A stretch of DNA of 64,000 nt, taken from NCBI GenBank assembly GCA_016194455.1, contig JACQBN010000018.1, positions 10,669 through 74,668 on the forward strand, given 5' to 3'. Made by a program: the position numbers and the translations under genes. Under the pieces are notes generated by a model. That model was not told the DNA's origin. It did not search any database and saw only the letters and a program-made list of their open reading frames with translations. Source of the DNA: Candidatus Kaiserbacteria bacterium. GTDB lineage: Bacteria; Patescibacteriota; Minisyncoccia; Phycocordibacterales; Phycocordibacteraceae. This document shows, in pieces, positions 36,521 through 45,348 of the stretch; position 1 is the first letter of the stretch; the number at the start of each line of letters is the position of its first letter.

Positions 36521-37444
36521 CTACTCCGTGGGTCGTTGGTAGCCGATCTCTTGGGCAAGCTGCGCCTCAAGAACATTGGTCACGGTGCTCTGGCGCGCGA
36601 ACTCGCGCACCTTCGCGTGGTCAAGCTTCATCGTTTGAAATATTCCCTCTATATCCTTCAACGCCTCCTTATAGCAGGCGATCGTCTCCTCTACATGCGG
36701 CTTGGCGGCTCTATCCACCTGCGTCTCTGAGTACCACAGATACGCCTTGAGCTGCTTGCTGATCTGATAGAGGACTGTGAGACCGGTCACCCAGTCGCGC
36801 TGCTTTTCTTCGGTGCCCTCGTGCTCGGCCTCCCGCAGGCGTCCCATTGCTTCGATCGCTCGTTCGCGTTCAACGCCAATCACGACCTTCGGGAGCGCAA
36901 GCATATCGCGCGGCTCGGGCGCTGCCTCCGGGTTGAGCGGTTTGTAATAGGAAAGCTGCGCGAGGCGACCGCCCGTAAGGAGCTTTTCCTTTAAGTCGCG
37001 GATTTTGCCACCGATGTTCTGCGGGTCGGTCGAGAAGGTGATATCGATCGAGAGCCCGATCGGGCGCCCGCCGCGCTGTTCCACGTCCTCGACGTAGAGG
37101 TCAATGCCGTTGCGATAGTCGTCAAAGGGTGTAGTGAGTTGCGCCTTCACCCGTTCGCCGAGCCAGTGCGAGGGGCCATTGAGGCGCTGCTGGAGTACAT
37201 ACTCAAACGCACTCGCGAGAAGCGACTCGTCGTCGTGAACAAATTTTGCTTCAAGGCGTTTTACTTCGGAGCGGTCAGCCGCGAGGCGCTCCGAGCTTTT
37301 TACCTTCGCGAAGTACGAATCTTCCATTGAGAGCCGCTCCTCGTCTCGTCGCAGAGCATAGCTCTCGGCGAGCGCACGCTCGTCCAGGGAAAGTGGCTCC
37401 CGGATAGGCGGCTGCGGCGACTGGCGTAGGGATTCGGGGCGCAT
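36521..37444 (-). CDS. conserved-looking hypothetical protein (307 aa, no recognisable domain)
   Basis: Long intact ORF with normal codon usage. Charged, helical. No motif recognised. Confidence 0.5.
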   Translation of the reverse strand: MRPESLRQSPQPPIREPLSLDERALAESYALRRDEERLSMEDSYFAKVKSSERLAADRSEVKRLEAKFVHDDESLLASAFEYVLQQRLNGPSHWLGERVKAQLTTPFDDYRNGIDLYVEDVEQRGGRPIGLSIDITFSTDPQNIGGKIRDLKEKLLTGGRLAQLSYYKPLNPEAAPEPRDMLALPKVVIGVERERAIEAMGRLREAEHEGTEEKQRDWVTGLTVLYQISKQLKAYLWYSETQVDRAAKPHVEETIACYKEALKDIEGIFQTMKLDHAKVREFARQSTVTNVLEAQLAQEIGYQRPTE

Positions 37445-37467
37445 ACGGGATACTATAGAGCGATAGT

Positions 37468-38178
37468 ATGGCCGAATCGGAGCAGAAAGTGAAGCGGCTC
37501 CTCTTACTCGCGGCTGCGCTCCTTATAGCAGCAAGCTTTTTTATGTACCGAGCGATAGTGGCGCCACGCGAGCTTCGAGTCTTTGTGCCGAACGTCGGGG
37601 CAAAAGGAGATTCTGTTGTAGTAGAAACGCCGAGCGGCAAAACGCTTTTGATCGACGCCGGTCCCGACGCGAGCGTGCTGCGGGCGCTCGGCAGTACGCT
37701 GCCCGAGTGGCGGCGGCGCATCGATGCTGTGGTGCTCACAAGCCCGATCGCTATGGCGAGTGGAGGATTACCGGAGATATTTTATCGTTATCACGTCGAC
37801 GTGCTGTTTCGCTCTGGCGTGCGGGGCTCAAAAAGCACTGAAGCTACTCTCGCCGCGGCGGCAGGTGCGGAGCCTGGGCTCCAACAAGTAGAGCTATCCC
37901 GCGGAGCGCGTCTTACGCTTGGCGATGGTGTTATCGTCGACGTCCTCTGGCCTGGCGCAGATATCGGCGCGATGAAACCGGCGAACTCTGCGCTCGTGCT
38001 CCGTTTCTCCTACGGCACCACTGCTTTTATTATTGAAGAAAATTTATCGCCAGGCGCCGCCGCTTGGCTCGCGACGCTCGATCCGGGCGCGGTTCCCTCG
38101 CCGACTAGTTTATTTATCTCCTCAAGCACACCCGCAGGTGTCTACACATCAAACGGCCGCGAGATTTTAAAAAAGTGA
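37468..38178 (+). CDS. ComEC-type metallo-beta-lactamase-fold protein with degenerate metal-binding motif
   Basis: N-terminal TM, then VGAKGDSVVVETPSGKTLLIDAGPD, which is like the ComEC MBL domain. The expected HxHxDH is replaced by SPIAMASGG. Confidence 0.5.
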   Translation: MAESEQKVKRLLLLAAALLIAASFFMYRAIVAPRELRVFVPNVGAKGDSVVVETPSGKTLLIDAGPDASVLRALGSTLPEWRRRIDAVVLTSPIAMASGGLPEIFYRYHVDVLFRSGVRGSKSTEATLAAAAGAEPGLQQVELSRGARLTLGDGVIVDVLWPGADIGAMKPANSALVLRFSYGTTAFIIEENLSPGAAAWLATLDPGAVPSPTSLFISSSTPAGVYTSNGREILKK

Positions 38179-38179
38179 T

Positions 38180-38422
38180 TTAGAGAACGCCAGCTCGCTT
38201 CAGCGCAGTGTAGGCGCCGTTCTTTTTGATCGTCTTCAAGCCCTTGACCGAGACGTCCACGATGATCGTCTTGCCGATCTCGGGCACATAAATGCGGCGG
38301 CGCTGAAGGTTAGACTTTCGGCGGGTCTTCCCGACCGGGTTAAATTGCGTCGCGCGGGTACGGTTAGAGTACCGCCCGCCTACCTGCGTGCTCTTCCCCG
38401 TGATGTCGCAGCTCCTCGCCAT
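38180..38422 (-). CDS. rpmB: 50S ribosomal protein L28
   Basis: Start trimmed to MARSCDITGKSTQVGG. Matches L28 MSRVCQVTGKRP.. Confidence 0.85.
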   Translation of the reverse strand: MARSCDITGKSTQVGGRYSNRTRATQFNPVGKTRRKSNLQRRRIYVPEIGKTIIVDVSVKGLKTIKKNGAYTALKRAGVL

Positions 38423-38459
38423 AGTCGCCGCATGGTAGCATACGCCGTACCCTACGCCA

Positions 38460-39104
38460 ATGCTGATCGCTCTCACCATCGTCGTGCTCATCTTCTCGAT
38501 TATCGCGCACGAGGTCGCGCACGGCTACGCCGCTGATGCGCTCGGGGACCCGACCGCGCGGCTTGCGGGGCGTCTCACCCTCAACCCGCTGCCGCACCTC
38601 GACTTGATGGGCTCTATCCTTATCCCCGCGCTTCTCATCTTCTCGGGCTCGCCGATCCTCTTCGGCTGGGCGAAGCCGGTGCCCTACAATCCGTTTAATC
38701 TGCGTGGCCCTTGGGGCTTGCCTGCGCAGGCAGGCGAATTCCTCGTCGCGATCGCGGGCGCCGCGACTAACATCGTGCTGGCGATTATTTTCGGCCTCAT
38801 CGCCCGCTGGGCCGGCGGGGCGGGGCTCCCCGCAAGCGCCGTAGCGCTCGCAGGCACCATCGCGTTCGTGAATCTCTTCTTGGGGATGTTCAACCTCATT
38901 CCGTTCCCTCCCTTGGACGGCTTCACCGCACTCCGCTCCGCGCTCCCCTGGGATATCTCCGCCCGCTTCGTCCGCTTTGAAGCCCGGGTCCGCGCTTCGG
39001 GCTCCCTCGCGCTCATCCTCTTCCTGCTCGTCTTCTCCTACGTCCTTGCCAACCCCTTTTTTAATTTGGTCTCCTGGACCTTCCGCCTCATCGTGGGCAG
39101 CTAA
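38460..39104 (+). CDS. site-2 protease family (peptidase M50) membrane metalloprotease
   Basis: HEVAHGYAA HExxH in first TM, polytopic, LDG motif. Confidence 0.7.
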   Translation: MLIALTIVVLIFSIIAHEVAHGYAADALGDPTARLAGRLTLNPLPHLDLMGSILIPALLIFSGSPILFGWAKPVPYNPFNLRGPWGLPAQAGEFLVAIAGAATNIVLAIIFGLIARWAGGAGLPASAVALAGTIAFVNLFLGMFNLIPFPPLDGFTALRSALPWDISARFVRFEARVRASGSLALILFLLVFSYVLANPFFNLVSWTFRLIVGS

Positions 39105-39127
39105 CCTAGAAAAACGATTCGGCAGAT

Positions 39128-39553
39128 CTAGCCGGTGCGTTTGGGGGCGAAGCGGCCGCCGAGGACGATGGCGAGCGTGACGACGCTGTAGATGATGCCG
39201 AGGAGGCGCGCGGCGCCCTCGCGCGAGAGCTCGGTGCCCACCGGCATCGGGATCGGGAAGACGAAGACGAGGAGGGCGGCGGCAATCGGGACGAAGTAAT
39301 AGCTAAACTTAAGCCACCTCTTGAACTCTGTTTCGCTTGCGAAAAAGAGGACAGCCGCGACCAGCGCGAGCCACTCGCCAATGGAGAGAAGAGGCAGGCC
39401 AACATTCACACCAGTATCAACTTGGCAGATCCAAGAGACATTGTCCGCGCCACGACAAAGTCCATATGGTAAGGGGTTGGCGAAAAAAGTGCCGACAAAA
39501 TAAAAAACTGCGGCGATAAGAAGGAGTGAGAGTTTTAGATAGATATTCTTCAT
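39128..39553 (-). CDS. hypothetical polytopic membrane protein
   Basis: 4 hydrophobic segments. No motif. Confidence 0.45.
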   Translation of the reverse strand: MKNIYLKLSLLLIAAVFYFVGTFFANPLPYGLCRGADNVSWICQVDTGVNVGLPLLSIGEWLALVAAVLFFASETEFKRWLKFSYYFVPIAAALLVFVFPIPMPVGTELSREGAARLLGIIYSVVTLAIVLGGRFAPKRTG

Positions 39554-42450
39554 GGGCTGAGCAGACCCACTAGTTGTAGCATGAAGAGGGCCTGCGCTTG
39601 TGTGATCTGCTTGCCCGACTGTGCGTTAATCAAGCTCTGCAGATTGCTCAAGGCGCCCCGGAGCACTTCCTTTTTGCTGCCAAGATTCGCCTCCACTTTG
39701 TCGAGCGCCTTGCTGAGATCGGTTTTGACCCCCTGCGCTGCGCCTAGCGTATTGATATACGAGCGCAGGTAGGCAATCAGCTGGGTCGGCGAGAGTACGG
39801 GAGCTCCTGGGGTGTAGGTGAAGTCGCTTGAACCGTTGCCGTCTTCGTCTACCGAAACCGCACCCACGGTGCCGTTACTGACCGAGAACGTAGCGGTGGT
39901 GGAGGCGATAAGCGGAATATTGCGGAAGGAGACGGTCGTGCTCGCCGAGCCGTCGGCCTGTTCCGCGCCAACGTTCAAGGTCGCGTAGCCGCCGGCGTAG
40001 GCCTGCATCGAGATCGTGTAGCTCCCGCCGGCGGGCAGATAGAGATACTCCTCGTCGCCGAAGGTCTGCACCGAGCTGCCCGGTACGTCCTCAAGGAGAC
40101 CGGTAAAGTCGGTCCCGGGCATCGGTAGAATCCCCGTTCTGTTCCCGCTCGCGTCAGTTGCGACAATGTTCACGGGCGAGCGGGTACTGATTATGGTAAT
40201 TGGATTTAATCCGCCTGGCGGTCTAGTCGATGAAATAAATGACCCGAGAGAATTTTTGCCTTCAAGAATAGATTCGACGATGTTTTGAATTGGAGAGGCA
40301 GCGGTCAAGTTTTGATGAACAATATTTTTTCTAGTCGCGTGGAAAAACGCTGAAGTGTCAAAATAAGCTTTACCTGCAGTATCCCCAAGCGCGCTGGCGT
40401 CGATGACGGTGTCGTCGCCGTCCTGCGTGTTGACCGGGGCGTGCTCGAGCACTTGCCTCACGCCGCACGAGAAGACGCCGGAGACCGAATCGCAGGAATA
40501 TTTCGTGCCGGTGGTGTAGGCGAGGGTCTTGAGCGTCTTCTGCCCCCAACCGGCGATGGCGGTCACCGCGATGCCTGACGGCGGCGTCCAGGCGTCGAGC
40601 TGCGCGTGGGTCGCCTGGGCCTTTTGCAGCAGCGTGGGCGAGAGAGCGAGAGGCGTCGTGAGCGCGCCCGGATCGCCCACCGTTGCATCAAGATGAGCGG
40701 GGTCGCTTAAGAAGTTCGCGAGCGCGCTGTAGTTGGTGGTTGTTGCGCCGTAACTCTCCGCGTACTTCCCCGCGAGCGAGGTCGCGTCGAAGGTGGCGAC
40801 CGGGTCGGCAATGCGAGCGAAGTACGCGGGCGCCGGTAAGAGGCCGAAGGCGCCCGGCATCGTGCTCGCGACGGCGCGCGCAGCCGTTTGATTGATAATG
40901 AGACTCGGAATATCGGCGAAGTTGTCGGCGTGGAGGAGCGCGCCAATGCTCGAAGGCGTGCCGTATTGCGGCGTGCCGATCATGATGATGCGGTCGATAT
41001 ACTTGGGCGCGTCCGCCCCGAGCGTGATTGCAAGCGCCTTGGCGAGGAGGCCGCCGTTACTGTGCGCGACGATAGTCACCTTGCCGGTGGCCGAGTTGGA
41101 CGCCATCTGCTTCAAGACATCCGCGAGATAGACGCGCGTTATCGAGCCGTCGGGCTGTTCCGTCAGCGTGCCGTTCTGCACAATGTCGAAGACGTCGTAG
41201 CGCCAGTCGTAGGGGTACGCGCGCCACTCCTTGATCGTGCCGGTGGCGACAAGGCCGTCCATAAACTGCTCGAAGGTGCCGTACACCTCGAGCGTGTCGA
41301 AGAGGCCGGCAATGGTACTCGCGCTCCGGTTATGCGCCTGGATTGAGTCCACGATATCTTTTGTGTAAATCTGGGCCTTGCTCGAGCCGTCGGCGTTGAG
41401 CGCAAGCGGCGGGAGATCGGTGGAGAGCGTGGGCTCCCAGAGCTGGTGCTCATTGCCAAGCAAGGTATCACGCGTGTATAAACGGCTTCCTTCAATCCCA
41501 GGCAGGAAGAGGACGCTGGAAACCTTTGGCGCTCCACAGCCGCTCGCGAAGGAGTCGCAGGCGAGGAAGGGAAGGACCGACACCATCGTTGGTTCGTTGA
41601 AGCCGACATTCACAAGGCCGTTCGGGTTCAGCGCCGCCCAATACGGGCCCGACGCGTCGCCCCACCAGTTGTTCTCCATATGGACGGAGAAGGTGCCGAG
41701 ATAGTAATCGAGCGCCGCACCGCGCAGGCCGTCTATGCTGCTTTGGTGCATGAGCAGTGTTGTGGGGGAGGGGCTGCTGCTCGTCCACAAGCGGGCTATG
41801 TAGTTCTCGCCTTGGAAGAGATCGTTCTCGAGATCGAGGAGGCCTTGTGAGCCCATATAGACCTGATAGCCAGGAACGTTTTCAAAAACGCTGTCGGCTA
41901 TAAGCACCCGTGCGCCCGTGAGTACATAGACATTGCCGACATATCCGCCAGAGCTTTGTACTGAAAGGAGGGTGGAGTTTGCATCGCCGGCCACTCCCGC
42001 GTAGCGGAAGCGGATATGCTCGAGCGTGCTCGTGGCGTCCGTACCGGCAAACTGGATTGCGCCCCAGCGATTCTGCTCTGGATCCGTGGCAGTGCCGTCG
42101 CCGTTCGTGTCGCCGCCCACGCTGTCGTCGGCGATGGAGGTGAAGACGACGGTGCTTGAATCGGAGGTGCTCCCGGCATTGAGAGTGCCGTTTACTTCAA
42201 TGGCAGCCTCGCCGAAGGGGTTGTTAAAAAACTTGACGACCACGCCCGGATCAATGGTGAGCGTAGCGCCCGGACTAATCGTAAGCGGCTCCAACACCTC
42301 AATCGGACTCCCGGCAGTCGTCCACTCGGTGTCGGCACTGACGACGACCGGGGCGACGGTCGCCGCCTCCGCGCTCTGCGCGGAGGCGGCGACACCAACG
42401 CACAAAATGGAGCACAAAAGAAAAAGCGTGCGAGCGCGCATCGGGCACAT
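39550..42450 (-). CDS. giant secreted protein: N-terminal beta-helix-like domain + alpha/beta-hydrolase (lipase/esterase, GHSxG) domain
   Basis: Track ORF 39550..42738 trimmed to signal peptide M(CP)MRARTLFLLCSILCVGVAASAQSAEA. Gly/Thr/Asp-rich repeats typical of right-handed beta-helix. VLFLPGIEGSRLY plus nucleophile elbow GHSNGGLLAKA. Confidence 0.7.
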   Translation of the reverse strand: MCPMRARTLFLLCSILCVGVAASAQSAEAATVAPVVVSADTEWTTAGSPIEVLEPLTISPGATLTIDPGVVVKFFNNPFGEAAIEVNGTLNAGSTSDSSTVVFTSIADDSVGGDTNGDGTATDPEQNRWGAIQFAGTDATSTLEHIRFRYAGVAGDANSTLLSVQSSGGYVGNVYVLTGARVLIADSVFENVPGYQVYMGSQGLLDLENDLFQGENYIARLWTSSSPSPTTLLMHQSSIDGLRGAALDYYLGTFSVHMENNWWGDASGPYWAALNPNGLVNVGFNEPTMVSVLPFLACDSFASGCGAPKVSSVLFLPGIEGSRLYTRDTLLGNEHQLWEPTLSTDLPPLALNADGSSKAQIYTKDIVDSIQAHNRSASTIAGLFDTLEVYGTFEQFMDGLVATGTIKEWRAYPYDWRYDVFDIVQNGTLTEQPDGSITRVYLADVLKQMASNSATGKVTIVAHSNGGLLAKALAITLGADAPKYIDRIIMIGTPQYGTPSSIGALLHADNFADIPSLIINQTAARAVASTMPGAFGLLPAPAYFARIADPVATFDATSLAGKYAESYGATTTNYSALANFLSDPAHLDATVGDPGALTTPLALSPTLLQKAQATHAQLDAWTPPSGIAVTAIAGWGQKTLKTLAYTTGTKYSCDSVSGVFSCGVRQVLEHAPVNTQDGDDTVIDASALGDTAGKAYFDTSAFFHATRKNIVHQNLTAASPIQNIVESILEGKNSLGSFISSTRPPGGLNPITIISTRSPVNIVATDASGNRTGILPMPGTDFTGLLEDVPGSSVQTFGDEEYLYLPAGGSYTISMQAYAGGYATLNVGAEQADGSASTTVSFRNIPLIASTTATFSVSNGTVGAVSVDEDGNGSSDFTYTPGAPVLSPTQLIAYLRSYINTLGAAQGVKTDLSKALDKVEANLGSKKEVLRGALSNLQSLINAQSGKQITQAQALFMLQLVGLLSP

Positions 42451-42456
42451 GATACT

Positions 42457-42885
42457 ATGATGCTGATGGAATACCAGGTTCCGCAGTTCATCGAGGTCGA
42501 GGACAAGATCGTCGGCCCACTTACCCTGCGGCAGTTCATCTACCTCGCGGGCGCGGGCGGGCTCTGCGTCATTTTCTTCTTCCTCCTGCCCCTTATTTTC
42601 GCTCTTATCCTCTCGGTTCCAGTCGCTGCGCTCGGGGCTGCGCTTGCCTTCTATCGGGTGAATAGCAAACCATTCATCGAGGTGCTCGAGTCGGCCTTTG
42701 GCTACTACACCTCCTCGCATCTCTTCCTCTGGAAGCATCAGGAGCCGAAGGCCGGCGCCGCAGCGGCGCCGGCCCCAACCACCGCTCCCTTGCCCGCGCG
42801 CGGTACGCCGCGGCTCACGCGCGGCAAGCTCTCGGAGCTCTCCTGGTCGCTCGATGTCAAGAAACCAGAGTCGCTCAAGCCCTGA
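42457..42885 (+). CDS. PrgI-family (VirB3-like) T4SS membrane protein
   Basis: N-terminus MEYQVPQFIEVEDKIVGPLTLRQFIYLAG followed by TM helices is the PrgI family signature. Pro/Ala-rich C-terminus. Confidence 0.6.
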   Translation: MMLMEYQVPQFIEVEDKIVGPLTLRQFIYLAGAGGLCVIFFFLLPLIFALILSVPVAALGAALAFYRVNSKPFIEVLESAFGYYTSSHLFLWKHQEPKAGAAAAPAPTTAPLPARGTPRLTRGKLSELSWSLDVKKPESLKP

Positions 42886-42887
42886 CC

Positions 42888-43544
42888 ATGGCCACCAAAC
42901 CCGCTGGCGCGACGCAGAACTTTGTTCCGATCAAGGAGATCCGGAACGGCATTGTCGTGCTGAAAGACGCCGGCTATCGGGGGATTCTCATTTGTTCTTC
43001 TATCAACTTTGGCCTTAAATCCGCGGATGAGCAGCGCGCGATTACGCTTGGATTCCAGAACTTCCTCAACACGATAGACTTCTCGATCCAGATCGTCGTC
43101 AACTCGCGCCGCATGGATCTGCGGCCCTATCTCGCCCTCCTCGCCGAGAAGGCGCCCGAGCAGCGCACCGAGCTCATGCGCATCCAGCTGCGGGAGTACC
43201 AGGAGTTCATCCGCTCCTTCGCCGAGCAGTCCAACATCATGACGAAATCTTTCTATATCGTCGTACCGTACGCGCCGCGCGTCGAGCTCGGAAAGACCGC
43301 AGCGGGGCTCCTCGGCCGGCGCCAGAACGCATCGGGCGCCGCTGCGGTGGCCGAGAGCTCCTTCGAGGAAGATCGTGCGCAGCTCGAGCAGCGTCTCGCG
43401 CTCGTCTCTGGCGCGCTCTCGGGGACGGGGGTGCGCGCAATCCCGCTTGGGACCGAGGAGATCATCGAGCTCCTCTATCGCTCCTTCAATCCGGGTGAGC
43501 TCGAGAATCCGATCCGCCTTGAATCCTACTATGGCACTTCTTGA
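42888..43544 (+). CDS. VirB4/TraC/PrgJ-like T4SS ATPase, N-terminal domain fragment
   Basis: FVPIKEIRNGIVVLKDAGYRGILICSSINFGLKSADEQ matches VirB4 family N-terminus. Ends 14 nt into the next ORF in another frame. Confidence 0.6.
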   Translation: MATKPAGATQNFVPIKEIRNGIVVLKDAGYRGILICSSINFGLKSADEQRAITLGFQNFLNTIDFSIQIVVNSRRMDLRPYLALLAEKAPEQRTELMRIQLREYQEFIRSFAEQSNIMTKSFYIVVPYAPRVELGKTAAGLLGRRQNASGAAAVAESSFEEDRAQLEQRLALVSGALSGTGVRAIPLGTEEIIELLYRSFNPGELENPIRLESYYGTS

Positions 43545-45348
43545 TTTCATCAACCGCAGGAAGCAAGAGGAGCCGAAGGTCGTTCCGGTCTTGCCGAGAG
43601 ACATTTACAAACAAGGCGCGCTCGACCTCGTCGACACCATCGCGCCCTCCGCGCTTAAGATCGGTGCGCGCGAAATAGAGCTCGGCGAGAAGTTCGTCCG
43701 CTCTTTCTATACTATCTCGTATCCGCGCTTCCTCGCTGACGGCTGGTTCTCGCCCATTGTCAACTTGGACCAAGTGCTTGATATCGCGATCTTCATCCAT
43801 CCCGTCGAGACCGCCTCCGCGCTGCGCGACTTCCAAAAGAAGGTGGCGGAGGTGCAGAGCCAGATCAATGAACGAGAAGCGCGCGGGCTTGTGCGCGATC
43901 CTTTGCTCGATACGGCGTACCAGGATCTCGAGAGCCTGCGCGACAACTTGCAACAGGCGCAGGAGAAACTCTTTGAGGTTGGGCTCTACCTCTCGCTGTA
44001 TGGCGATTCTAAAGAGGCGATAGACAAAATAGAGGGTGACATCCGCGGCATCCTCGATGCGAAGCTCGTCTACACCAAGCCCGCGCTTTTCCAACAAGAA
44101 CAAGGATTCCGTTCCTGTCTCGCGCTCGGCACCGACGAGCTCCTCGTCAATTCAAAGCTGAACTCTTCGCCGCTCTCCTCGATCTTCCCTTTTGTCTCGT
44201 TTGACTTGACCTCCGACCGAGGAATTCTGTACGGGATAAACAGACACAACTCTTCGCTCATCCTCTTCGACCGCTTCTCCCTCGAGAACTATAATTCTGT
44301 CGTCTTCGCGAAGTCGGGCTCGGGGAAGTCCTACGCGACCAAGCTTGAGATCTTGCGCTCGCTGATGTTCGGCACGGATGTCATCGTGATTGACCCTGAG
44401 CGCGAGTACGAGCAGCTCGCGGAGGCGACCGGCGGCCGCTCCTTCCATATCTCGCTCTCAAGCGAGCACCACATCAATCCGTTTGATCTGCCCCCGGTCA
44501 AAGAAGACGAGGACCCGAAGGACATTCTCCGGAGCAACATCATCAATCTCGTCGGTCTCTTCCGCATCATGCTGGGCGGTCTCTCGCCGGAAGAAGACGC
44601 GATTATCGACCGCGCCATCAGCGAGACCTACGCGCTCAAGGACATCACCGGCGACGCCGACTTCACCGGCGCAGAGGTACCTTTGCTCGCCGACTTTGAA
44701 CAAGTGCTCTCGGGGATGGAGGGGAGTGAATCCTTGGTCCAGCGTCTTTCCAAATACACGCAGGGGACGTGGGCGGGCTTTATGAATCAGCCGACCAATA
44801 TTGATATCAACCAGCAGTTCGTCGTCTTCTCCGTGCGCGACATGGAGGATGAGTTGAAGCCGGTCGCGATGTATGTGGTCACGCACTACATCTGGAACGC
44901 CATACGCCATGAGCTCAAGAAGCGTCTCCTCGTGATCGACGAGGCGTGGTGGATGATGAAGAGCGAAGACACCGCTTCCTTCCTCTATTCCGTCGCGAAG
45001 CGCGGAAGAAAGTATTATCTCGGAGTCGCGACCATCACCCAGGACGTTGAAGACTTCCTTAAGAGCCCCTACGGCCGGCCGATCCTCACGAACTCCTCCA
45101 TCCAACTGCTCCTCAAACAGTCGCCGACGACCATTGATCTCCTGCAGCAGACCTTCAATCTCACGGAAGAAGAAAAATACCTGCTGCTTGAGGCAGGAGT
45201 CGGCGAGGGGCTCTTCTTCGCGGGCCTCAAGCACGTCGCGATAAAGATCGAGGCGAGCTACACCGAGGATCAAATCATCACCTCCGACCCGTCCCAGCTC
45301 TTGGCGATAAAGGCGGAGAAGGAGCGCTATGCCTCTCAACAAAAGTAG
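43531..45348 (+). CDS. VirB4/TraC/PrgJ-like T4SS ATPase, C-terminal ATPase domain (frame-shifted relative to N-terminal fragment)
   Basis: Walker A VFAKSGSGKSYATK, Walker B LLVIDEAWWMM, C-terminal ITSDPSQL. Start set at MALLDF overlapping the upstream fragment; the track ORF starts at 43375. Confidence 0.75.
   Translation: MALLDFINRRKQEEPKVVPVLPRDIYKQGALDLVDTIAPSALKIGAREIELGEKFVRSFYTISYPRFLADGWFSPIVNLDQVLDIAIFIHPVETASALRDFQKKVAEVQSQINEREARGLVRDPLLDTAYQDLESLRDNLQQAQEKLFEVGLYLSLYGDSKEAIDKIEGDIRGILDAKLVYTKPALFQQEQGFRSCLALGTDELLVNSKLNSSPLSSIFPFVSFDLTSDRGILYGINRHNSSLILFDRFSLENYNSVVFAKSGSGKSYATKLEILRSLMFGTDVIVIDPEREYEQLAEATGGRSFHISLSSEHHINPFDLPPVKEDEDPKDILRSNIINLVGLFRIMLGGLSPEEDAIIDRAISETYALKDITGDADFTGAEVPLLADFEQVLSGMEGSESLVQRLSKYTQGTWAGFMNQPTNIDINQQFVVFSVRDMEDELKPVAMYVVTHYIWNAIRHELKKRLLVIDEAWWMMKSEDTASFLYSVAKRGRKYYLGVATITQDVEDFLKSPYGRPILTNSSIQLLLKQSPTTIDLLQQTFNLTEEEKYLLLEAGVGEGLFFAGLKHVAIKIEASYTEDQIITSDPSQLLAIKAEKERYASQQK

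Noticed and set aside
39550-42738. N-terminal over-extensions in the ORF track (lipase-like protein, ksgA, clpP, nusA, ruvC, yebC, tpiA, rnhA, dnaN, pilC)
   Set aside because: The conserved N-termini or signal peptides begin at internal Met codons. The upstream extensions are charged or low-complexity and often antisense to a neighbouring gene, so I trimmed the starts.
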